A stretch of DNA of 64,000 nt, taken from Phoronis australis. Lineage: Eukaryota > Animalia > Phoronida. Positions 27,401 through 39,400 of this stretch are shown piece after piece. How positions within the stretch are numbered: the stretch's first letter is position 1; each line of letters starts with the position of its first letter. Location of the stretch: positions 265,362-329,361 of the forward strand of contig NMRA01000040.1 of assembly GCA_002633005.1 (NCBI GenBank), in the 5' to 3' direction. Both the position numbers and the translations under genes were made by a program. The notes under the pieces are model-generated. The model searched no databases. It was not told where the DNA came from and was given only the letters and a program-made list of their open reading frames with translations.

Positions 27401-30400
27401 TATATATTTTACCTTCAAAGAGAACACAAGCATTATTACGTAATCATCAAGACGATACACCATTTCGTCAGTGAAAAACAACTGCACATTACATTTAACA
27501 GACAACAAAATGTAGGGCAAAATGACTGGGTGTAGCGAGTTGCCAATAGCTTAATGACAAACTGCTGGCCATAGATTACAAAGCAGTCTTTAGTTAAAAT
27601 TGGTTATGTCAACCAAGTCACTATCTGAGGTGTGATAGGCAGTACAGTAATTCTTTACTTATCTTAACACACAACACGCCGACAAGTGAAATACAAGTTT
27701 TCTAATTTCACCACAAGAGTAAAAATTAAGAGTCAACTGGGCTAATGCTTAGCAGTGTAGCCAGGTGTCGCCAGGGTATTGCTAACCAACAAAAGTAAAC
27801 TCAGAGTCAATGAACACATAATGCAAGATGGCTGTGATGTAATCTCAAAGATTTTAGGGACTATCAGTTGGAAATACTATGTGTTAGATAGTCCATCAAA
27901 AGAGAAGAAAAATCGAAACTAATGTGAGTGGGCATGACATCACACCATCCATTGAAAAATGACTAGGAATTTTGACAGGTGAGCTCACCACTCGGACAGT
28001 CTGTCATGACGAACAGCGATGAATTAAAGCTGCCAGACATTCGCATTTGCATAATCTATTGCTGGCAACCATCTCTAGAGGTAGATTTTGTTGTGATGTC
28101 ACTTCTTAAATCCAGTTATTTACACCAACCTCAAGCCTCTTTAAATTGGTCATGAGCATACAACATTCCAGTGCTGACTACAACACCTGAAGTTGACCAG
28201 CCAAATAACCAACCAAAATGTTGTGCCAATTTTAATAGGCTAAAGCTTGGTGTAATTTAACGGGCATTAGACATTTAGTGAACCGTGTGCCGGCAAAAAC
28301 TAAACTTTGATGCTACTGGCATGCAACTGGAACTGTGAATATTGATAAAATAGACCAGCCATCTTGTTCCTACCTGTCCCAGTTCTTCATTAAGATTTGA
28401 CGTCCTAGCAGTGGCGGGAGTGTCCGTTGGCTCGTAGTACATTTCAATATCCTGCATGAGCAAAGTTTTGATGTTTAATACACAAACAATATCTAGGAAC
28501 TCACTTGCATTCTAAAGACACGATGCAATTTCTATACATAAGGTGACAAACCATGTTCATTTTATTCTCGTTATCAAATAGGAATAAAGCAAGGGTTGAC
28601 GCTTCACCTTGGCCTGTACAGCACCGCGGTGCAGGACATCCATTAGAAGTTGGCCATTTTTAAACTTTCATCCCCGAAGGACATTGGGAATACTGGGGAG
28701 AGTACAATAAGGCACCTAGTATAATTTTGAAAGAGCATACATGGTCGTGGAGGTATAACACAAGATCTTATTGGAAAAGTGGCTCCACTCAAAATGATTC
28801 GACAGTAATCCTAGAATGTTGAACTACAGGAGAAAAATAATACTCATAATTCTCACTATCATTATTCTGACTATTTTTTCATTGTACATCTCACCACTGA
28901 CTATTGACCTTGTTACGCGTGCCACAGCCAGTCGTCTCTTGATCAGATCAAGATCGCAAATTCCACACAAAATTGCTATGAAAAAAGCGTCGTTAAACTA
29001 CAGACACGAGCAGCAAGACAAAACTGACCCAGTTTATAAACCACGCCTGTATAAACTTGACTACTTCCAGAGTGACAGGCAGACTTATGGGGATCAAGTT
29101 GTTGAACAGGATGACAAAGGTGAGGAAGTTGAGGCCGAAGTTGGTGGCTGGAAGAAGAAACACATTCTGTTTAATGTTGAATTACTCAGACCAATTGGAA
29201 TGAATAGCTGATAACAGGTATTCAAGCAAAGAACAAGCAAATAATTTGTTTGAACTTATGGTAATTCAAGCTTGGCAAACATTACTCCCATTTACTGAGT
29301 TAAATGCAAGAAAGAGTTGAGACAACCAAACAAATTAACTCAAACAGTAAACCTAATGATGCGCTCACGTAAGTGTCATAGATCTACTTCTCGCCAACAT
29401 CAGCTGATATTTTGACCACTAGATGGAGTTTTGATCAGCCAGCACAGTAGATAAGTGTTCCTCCTGTCTCATATGTGAGGGGTGAAATCTCAGATACCCC
29501 TGCCCCTACTTAAACTACTAAAACTGAAAAATTATTTCTATATTTTTGAAAGACACAAAAGAAATTCTATATCATTTTTAAGTTCTACATCATAGCTACT
29601 GTCAGACATTATTTGCGAAAATGTAGTTATAAACAATCATGGTGTTAGATGCTCTGAAAAAAATGGGGCAATAACCTGACTAGGCATGGCAGACTTACAT
29701 GTCAGTCCTAGGTACCACATTTTCTCTGCATTGTCTTCTGTCCAGACTTGATTGACTGACGAGCACACCAGGGCAATGACAACAAGAAGACCAAACAAAA
29801 TAAGGATCTGAAAACAACAATAAACTGATGTAAACAACAACAAGCTAATGTAAACAACAATAAAGCCAAAGCAAACCTGGAAAATAGCGACACTGGAGCT
29901 TTAAGTTGCAGAGAACACTCCAAGAATAATCACGACAGTCATTCTGGATGTTCTATGGTCAACTCCGTTTGTGCTTGAAGTTATCATGATGGGTCATATC
30001 GAGTCATTTTTGTCTTCTATTTTTGGCATGCGCTGTATATTGAGAACAGTTACAATGGGTCAAAAAGGTCAACTTCAAAGTAAGATAACATAAGACTGAA
30101 ACGATTAACTTAAGTCAAAAATAACACCTATGATCTCCATTGCAACCACAGAACAACTCACTACAGAAAGCAAGAACTGTTAACTTGCCTGTGATCGTTG
30201 CAAAATTAAATCAATGAAATGGGATATTCCATGACAATAGTCATATTATCTAAACACAGCTCAATATGGCCTTCAAGATAATTCTTAACCTCGACAGAAA
30301 CATGAAACCTTTTGTCATTTTTAGACAAACTGAACACAGAGAAAATAAATTCATCTTTTGTAGCAACTATCATAAAAACAAAACTTGCTGACAAGAATAT

Positions 30401-33400
30401 GAAACCTAACAATTTTGCCAATCATTCACATTGCAGCATTTCTGCTCAATCTAAAGAGCCCGCAGGATACCTGAACATCCATCCAAAACTTTCACCAACC
30501 TGTATGTTTGTTATCTTCTCAACGTTGGATCGTTTCAGCGGTGTTCCAGTAGAGTTCAACATGAGCTTGGACTCGTTGCCCGTATAGACGGCGACGCCAA
30601 ATACCCACTTGGTGTTCCGCAGCATTGAACCTCGCAACAACATCTGATCTGGACCCACGGGTAAAGGTCTACATGATACACAAATAGCTTAATTATACTC
30701 CAACCATCTGACAACGTACCAATAACAATCTCAATATCATGTTATAGAAGAGCATTGCTCTCCCTTTGTCCATATAACCTGACATGCCTAGAGATCTGTC
30801 CATGTTTGTTTCTTGATACTATGACTGATCTCGATGTTCAAGATGAAATCTCAAAAAAGGTGTTAGAGTTTTCTAAATTTCATCTAACTTCAGCTTCAGA
30901 GTTTTTCCTAAAAACTTTTTTATTTTTTGCAAGAGTGGGCAATTTTAAATGTGATTCTTTACTGAGAACAGTGCAAAATGCACAGTATCTGAAAGTTTCA
31001 GTTACATCCGATCAACCATTTCTGAGGTATAGGGTAGTGCATAATCTTACATTCTTTTAATAAACTTGAAATCTGGATCCATTGACCTTAACATGAATGA
31101 GAGCTCGATTTTGTTCCTAAAATTCTCAACAAAATTCGGTGATTTAGTCTCACCTATTCCCACTGAGATGTATGTTGCCAGCAAATTCATACAGATGCCT
31201 GTTGGGTACTTCACATTCGATTTTACCCTCAAGCGTCAACAGATCTTCGTGGTTGAGTAATCGTGACGTCTGGATCAGACCCTAAAATGAAAAGTAATGC
31301 GCGTAGTCTGCAGTAAATGCCACAGATCGAGTATAGTATCCGACCTTTTAAAATACTGCACCACCTTTTCTGTGGAATCGTTCATGACATTTAGACATCA
31401 GCTCCAGATTGACAAAAAAACTAGATATTGAAAGGACATAAATGGAAGGTTTACTTTATCATTAGCAAAAATCAAATAGGAAATTGAGCCAAGATGATAC
31501 AGTGGGAAGTAGAGCCAAAACTCTTCAACTCGGCACACAACATGGCATACATGTCTAATATCAAATTTCTTGATAAAAATGAACGTTGAGAAAAATTTGA
31601 CTTCATCACTACAGAACAACTCTCACAAACCAACACTTCAAGCATTTCAAGAACACAATCAATCTTTAAAATGTAAAATTTCTATTCTGACTGGTAATAA
31701 TATTTTTGTGTGAAATTGAAGAGATTACCATACACCCTCACGACCTTACCTGTATGCAAGAGTTGAATTCCCTGTGAATAGGCCACAGGAGAATAAAGTA
31801 ACATAAGACTTCATCACTTACTTGTCTAATTTTGAGGTTAGTTTCACCATCTAGATTAGCAGTTTCTATGTAACACATTGCTTGTGGTTCACTGGAAGCA
31901 ACAGAAAACATCAAATGATATTTTCATTCCACAATGCTAACAGAACGGTGATATATTATGGTAGCATTAAAAATACAATATGATGGAACAGTGAAATTCT
32001 GAAAAAAAAAATTTGTCAAAAAATAAACAGCATGAAAACTTTTACTTGATTGTTTGCAGTTTATATTGAACATCTGTCAACAACACAAAATAAAATTTTG
32101 AGCATTTTTAACACTAAAGCCAGCTTTTGAAAAATGACAATTTTGGCAATTACTTTTGTTCAAATTTGGGCAAACTGTACCTCATTTTGTTTAATCACAT
32201 ATTTTCACAGATTTCCTGAACAATTTCTGAATTACAATTACCTGGACGACAGGATAAGTAAATCTGCTGGAAACGGTGTGTGGTTCACGACCTTTACAAA
32301 ATCTCCCACAACCACATCCATCCATTTGACGGCCGTCCACCGTCCACTGCGCAAAACTGCAATCGTATTATTAACAATGTGAAACAGGTACACAACAACA
32401 ACAAAAATTTACGAGACAATAAATATTTTGCAAACATTTAAGTCCCGTCAGCATGCCATCTGTTGGCCACATGACGTGACCTAATGAATAGGTCCTGGGT
32501 TCGAGTTCCAGACAGGGGCAGGAATTTTTTCAGACTTATATTCATTAGGTCACATGATGTGGCCAACAGATGGCGTGCTGGCAGGACTTAAATGTTTGCA
32601 ACATATTTCCCACGCCATATTGAAAATGACATTTTCATATACACAATAAATATCATCAATGGAAAATCTGAACACAGTGAACCAGCTATTTAATAAACAA
32701 ATCAAAAATTATATCAACCTTCAGGCAAATGATGTCACCACAACACAAACTATTTCCATGTTCAAAAACACATCGTCTTGCTTTTAATTGAGCAACATAT
32801 TATGAGAAACATTAACAACAAATGTCTAAAATTGACTGATTGAAGGCAAAGATGTTGTTTGTAGCCTGGTGTACAGTTATGGTTTCATGAGGAGACAATA
32901 ACAGTATTACCGCGTGCAAAAATTTAAAAACAAACAGTTAGAGTAGTGAGTTCAAAACAATTAGGAAAGCGCATTGAGAAATATATTAATACCAAAAACG
33001 TCTGATCGATTGATGGCATCATCTGCTCGGTGCCGTTTCTGAAAGTAAAAGGTAATTTTGTGACAGAAAANAGTAAATCTGCTGGAAACGGTGTGTGGTT
33101 CACGACCTTTACAAAATCTCCCACAACCACATCCATCCATTTGACGGCCGTCCACCGTCCACTGCGCAAAACTGCAATCGTATTATTAACAATGTGAAAC
33201 AGGTACACAACAACAACAAAAATTTACGAGACAATAAATATTTTGCAAACATTTAAGTCCCGTCAGCATGCCATCTGTTGGCCACATCACGTGACCTAAT
33301 GAATAGGTCCTGGGTTCGAGTCCCGGTCAGGGGCAGGAATTTTTTCAGACTTATATTCATTAGGTCACGTGATGTGGCCAACAGATGGCGTGCTGGCAGG

Positions 33401-36400
33401 ACTTAAATGTTTGCAACATATTTCCCACGCCATATTGAAATTGACATATTCATATACACAATAAATATCATCAATGGAAAATCTGAACACAGTGAACCGG
33501 CTATTTAATAAACAAATCAAAAATTATATCAACCTTCAGGCAAATGATTTCACCACAACATAAATTATTTCCATGTTCAAAAACACATCGTCTTGCTTTC
33601 AATTGAGCAACACATTATGAGAAACATTAATAACAAATGTCTAAAATTGACTGATTGAAGGCAAAGATGTTGTTTGTAGCCTGTTGTACAGTTATGGTTT
33701 CATGAGGAGACAATAACAGTATTACCGCGTGCAAAAATTTAAAAACAAACAGTTAGAGTAGTGAGTTCAAAACAATTAGGAAAGCGCATTGAGAAATATA
33801 TTAATACCAAAAACGTCTGAACGATTGATGGCGTCATCTGCTCGGTGCCGTTTCTGAAAGTAAAAGGTAATTTTGTGACAGAAAATGACAACGGTGTGAG
33901 AAAGCTGCAAGAGAAAGGCAGCTGGGAGAAAAGAATAAAGAGAACTTTGAAGACAGCGGTGGTAGTGGTGGGGTGGTAGTTAGAGTGAAAAGGCTGAAGA
34001 AGAGAGCATTTACAATTCCCATCAGTTCCATAGTACTTGGTTGCACTTTGTCAGTAGACAAGTACAAGAACCGTTAATGACAACCAGCTACTATATCAGG
34101 ACCCATGAGCTTATTTCCTTTTGAGAGGAGCAGAACACGACCCTGGCCAATCTAGGATGTGGTAAAGGAGTCCAACCCAATTTTCAACCATAAAACAGCT
34201 GTGTAAATCCCAAAAAAGCACGCCGGCAGTGTTCGTTGGTTGTGCCTACAGGATAGCCCATGCCCCGTAGGGTAGTCTGTGCCCCCCAGTGCCCCCCCAG
34301 CCCTAAATCCGCCAATGCAATAGCCATTTTCTGAAACGTAGCGACATGATGAAATCCCTTATCGCTAAATGGCAATAGAGTTGGTGGACACTGTTCTGCA
34401 TTCCTATACGAGGACTTCATTCCCCTGTTTTTTTTTAACAAATGCCGTCATGTTGCCAATGTCGTGGGTGGAATATTCAAATTATTAATGATTTACATAA
34501 AGATGCGTAACATCTCAAAATGTGAGTGAATGAAAGAAAAAACCCGCGGGCCTTGACAACAGGCGACAGAAGACGACAAGGGGGTTATTGTAGACAAAAA
34601 TTTTAAACAGGAACAAACTACAATACAAACACTGCCAAATCTCAGGATTACATCATACGCAAATGATACAGCAGGTAAAACAACAGCAAAGTTAAGACAG
34701 CTAAAGGTGAAATAAGTGAATACACAAAAAGTTGAACAAAGAAATTTTCATTGCTAGAATTCTAGATTTAAAACTCTAAATAACCAGCACACCTTCATTC
34801 AGGACTAATACAATACGCAAAATCCTACAGGAGAGTACAAATCCGATAATATGCAGTATGAAAATCACTACAGATCAATTCGACTATTAACTAAAGCTTA
34901 ATTCACAGGTAAAGAGCGCACTGTTTTCAGAACAAAGGAGGCAATCAATATTGAGCTGCGAGTCATGGAACACACAGGGAAATCAAGGATCTAAAAGGAT
35001 TTAACTAAAATTATTCAAACCAGTGGCGTGAGAGACAAAATACAAACTGTATGCAGTAACTGGCAACGTGTTTATTGAACGAATGCGGACACCTCAAGAT
35101 TTCATGAAAATCTGATATTTACAATGAAATGTTGCCAAGATCAAACAAAAAATATTGCCAAAATTAACCTTAAGTTTATTCATTTTTGAAAAGCTTCTTA
35201 CAATCTCTTGTGAAAATGAGAGCTAGATATCTAAATATCTAGATATCTAAAAACATTGTCTGCCGGTAGTCACGACATTACCAACTCGGCCAGTTTCACG
35301 ACACCACGTATTTGTCAATAGATTTGTACAACGAGAACCCCTTCCATCATGAAGCCTGTTTATCAGGAAATATGATCTAAAGTTATTTAGTGTGGTCTAG
35401 TGCAGTTACTACACTGGCAACGCCTCCATGGTAATAAAACACTGGCTAAAACAGAGTCTTATATCATGGACTAAAACTGATGATTCTTCAAGCATTTTGG
35501 CTTCTGAAATTGATAGTGAAAGGTTCATTTTCAACCCAAAAATACAAAGCAATAGCCCAGATAGATTACGTTAGGATTCTGGTCTCCGGTTTCCACTTAT
35601 GAAATTGGTTTAAGCAATTCTTTGAACCGTGGTAAATAATAATTATAAAATTTCACTTATCCGCCATTTCATTTCGTAATATAATAATGAATTACTTGAA
35701 ATACAAACAAATGTTTACTCACGACATCTTCAATGATCTCCTTGATGGCAGACACTATTAAGATGGCCAATAGAGGCACCCCAGTGGTAAAACGACCCGT
35801 CGGTGAGACGCCAGGGATTTGCTGTAAAAATAGGTCAAAATACATGAAATTTTGACACCCATCATTTTTAAAATAATATTAATATTCATTTGGAAACGAA
35901 ACGGAGGCTAAACACACTAACGCTATGACTACCTCCAGTTTGTATAAAGGCGATTTGTTGTTTGTGCCTGATTTAACTTTTGGTTTTGTTGAAGAGTTCG
36001 TCAGGGCTTCAGTAGCTCTGGGAAAAAACACTTGAACAAAAGATTTAAACGTTATGTAGAAACGTTTATACATACTAGTAGGATCAATGAGCATTGTACC
36101 AGCGCAAGCAGGTGTAGTCTGCAAGTCACGTCTGGGCCTCGGGTGTTTCGTGGTCTCATTTAATAATTTACATTCACTAGTAAAAATTTATACTAACTTC
36201 ACTGTAGTTAAGCCCTCGGGTGTTTCATGCTGTCATTTAATTACTAAATTAAACTGATGAAAGTTTATAATAATTTTAGTGCAGTTACATTAATTATTTG
36301 GATGTATAAGAGCCGAGAAAAATCAAAGATTCACTATGTCTTCATAGGTTTCTGAAAAACTGGCAGTCTCTGATTCAGACCGGGTCAAAGGAGCATAAGA

Positions 36401-39400
36401 GACATTAATAAACACCTGGCTTGTATAAGCCTCATGGTAAAAGCAAAAATGTCAGTCGCAGTCCATACTGCTAAAACTTTTGAATGAATGAGTCAACTGG
36501 ACACTTAAAAGCACTGTGCTAAATCTTACCGAGGAATCTTCATAACTATCCATTATCAAAAACTGAAAGGGTTAGAGTAGGACAACCTTGACCTATTAGG
36601 TCTTGCCTCGTGTTGTTTTCATGATCATTTTCCTATTTCCGAGCGCGGAACATAACAATACTCGTCACATTAGTGTTGATAGGAATGTTTAGCACGACGT
36701 CATTTTGACGACATTTTGACCTCATTATGACGTTTTGAACCCAATGTGACGGCATGTCTATTCTTATTTCCGGGAACAAATTGCCTCATCTCCTGCCATG
36801 ACACGTCATCACTAAACAACCAAATAGCCTTGACTGACGACTCGGTCTTAGTGATCACCATGTCTGTTATCACGCTTAGCCTCATTTTTGCTTCATCAAA
36901 TGAATGAATACCTGAATAACTTTTGAGATCAGTCTACAGCGTGAACAAACAGTAAAGCAAGAAAGTCTGTGTGGGAAAGATAGAAGAAATTCAAGAAATG
37001 AATTACATATCAATGAAAACCATTCGTGGTGCTTTAATTGAAATAGAACCACAGTGACATTGTCTCTAAAACTTGCTAACTTCACCAAAATATCACCATT
37101 TCAGACAAAAATGAATGCCAAAAAAGACCTATTCCATAATTGGCTCATAACGTTATTGTGAATGCATAATAGTTTCTCAAAACAGTCTGATAGTAGCTTT
37201 GGTATAGAGCATAAAATGATAAAACATTTATTTGATACAACGTTATATGTAATGATTAAAAAAATTTAATTTAATTTTCACTTTAACCTTTGCCGTGTTG
37301 TTCTAGAGAGGTCACTCTTGATCATTCACCTTGATATTATGCAATATGTGGGCGCATGTAAACGTTGCTACAGAGGCTATTCTCGCCCATTTTGGTGCAA
37401 TACCTCGTTGGCTATTTTCTGACACAATGCCTCAGTGAGAATGATGACGAATGCTAGTAAAATTGTCCGCATCCCAATCTTCAGCACCAATGAAGAAAAT
37501 TCAATATTCGCTTAAACTTCACCTACATAGTCGAACCTGTGGTTTGGCAGATATCTCAGCAATAGTCTGATACAACGTGCCTGAATTTTGAGAATCAGTT
37601 GACACCAGCTCTTCAGTGGAGAAAACAGTTTCTCAAAATGCGGCACGTTGTATCAGACCATTGCTGAAGTATCTGCTCCACAGAGTCCAAATAGAAGATT
37701 TGGGTCACAAAAGAAAATGTACTGTGTGGTTTGTGCTGTTCAAATCTCAAATGTTACAGATGATTGTGAGTTAGCCATTGGGATGAATGAAATGTACACA
37801 GTTAGTGTCACATGTCAGTGTTCGCAAAATCATGGACTTGCATCATGTTATGTTATGCCATGCCAGAGGGCCTTCTACAGTACCTTGTCAACAGATAGGT
37901 ACAAGCCAACCCACTGGCATTATCATCAGTTCCTTTTGTGCTTAACATTGGCCAGAGTGTGTGCAGTGTCTGTGATGCTGGACATAAAGCCCTCCTGAGT
38001 GCACTGACCAGATTGATATCTGCACTTTGAAACCCTCTCCCTCTGCAGTTGAAACTAAATGGGTGATTTTGTAATGAAAATAGTGAAAACCAGCTATAGA
38101 ATATTAGGGAGTTCATGACGAACAACATTGGTCCACAAGTGGTAAATCGTTGACTACAAAAGCAGGGCCAGTCAGCTCTGTCCTAGTGTGTAAACAACCA
38201 GAACCTTCAGATCCACTCCCACATTCATAAAGCCTACTGAAGGGCACTACTTCTTCCACAAGAGATACTCCTGTGATAAGAACAAGCAGTGACAGCCACA
38301 ACTACAGTGCTGTAGCATTTGAGGATTTTAGCACCATTTTCTACCAACTGTTTGCTGATATTAGAGTGAGTTCAGAAAAGAATAAGAAGTGATTCCTGCC
38401 AAGTACAACCAAACACTAAATATGCTACAGTTCTCTCTGTCTAGAAAAATGCAAAATTTTCACCCAAGGTCAACGAGTTACATTTGAAATTTAAATACGC
38501 CATGCCCAAGTTGGCAAAAAATGAACAACAGTTGATTATTTTGATATTATCCTTGACCCTCAGAGAGATCTTCCATGACTAATACATAGGCCAGAGGATA
38601 CAATTTTCTAAACCATAACTTTCTGAGTTCAAAAATCTGTCAATAAACCACTAAAAATCACGAGTCCACAACAAATTTTGTTGGAAATGAAAATTTCTTG
38701 CCATCAACCCGGCTGCAAGAAGTTCCTGGTGGCAAAATTTCTATGCCGTGACCTCTCCCCCAATTCAAACTGAATTTCACTGCATTCTTTGGGGTTAGTT
38801 AAGACCACACTGATTATGGGGGATGCAAACAAGTGTGTTGCTCAGGTTGGTCACACAATAGAGGTTGGGACATCTCAACCAAGAGACAGTAGTTGCAACT
38901 CGTGTTATGTCAATTTTCTTCTGTAGCAGTTAATCGAAATTTGCCACTCAAACCATGAAAAAGTTCAATTTCCAATGACAATTTTTTTGGTTCATAGTGT
39001 CTAAAGGGTAGGTTTGTCATAAATAGACAGGGTTATCACTGATGACCAGCTCTTATCCCTAATCCCACAAAAAAGACAGTCCTAAAAGTCCAGGGGTTGT
39101 GGAATGCAGCTTTCAAAATCGCAACTGAGAGAAGCATTCAACTTTAAAGTTGTGAAATGCAAAATGATTGTGTAGGATCTAATGCATAAGATCTACCTGT
39201 AGCAACCTTGCAAATGCCAAGTAACTTCATTAAAAGGTCAAACAAATCACCATAGCAACCTTCAATGACTCACCTGAAGCAGTGTGATGAAAAGGAAGAA
39301 AAGGTTGGCGTATTTCCGGAACTGCTCAAACAAGAACTTTGGTAGGAATGTGAACGCATTGTATTTGGCAGTACTGCAAGAGAAGAGGAAAATAATCAAA

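Larger units (their letters stand above)
32257..33885. repeat. 814-bp tandem duplication (32257-33070 and 33072-33885) separated by one N
   Basis: Two equal-length, near-identical units differing by scattered substitutions. Confidence 0.95.

Noticed and set aside
28816-29211. 131-aa plus-strand ORF with a hydrophobic N-terminus
   Set aside because: Partly the antisense shadow of the TM4 exon plus AT-rich intron sequence; no independent support.
33930-34150. Possible Rex1/L2-type LINE N-terminal fragment ([25 protein letters not shown])
   Set aside because: The resemblance is short and too degraded to call without a database search.
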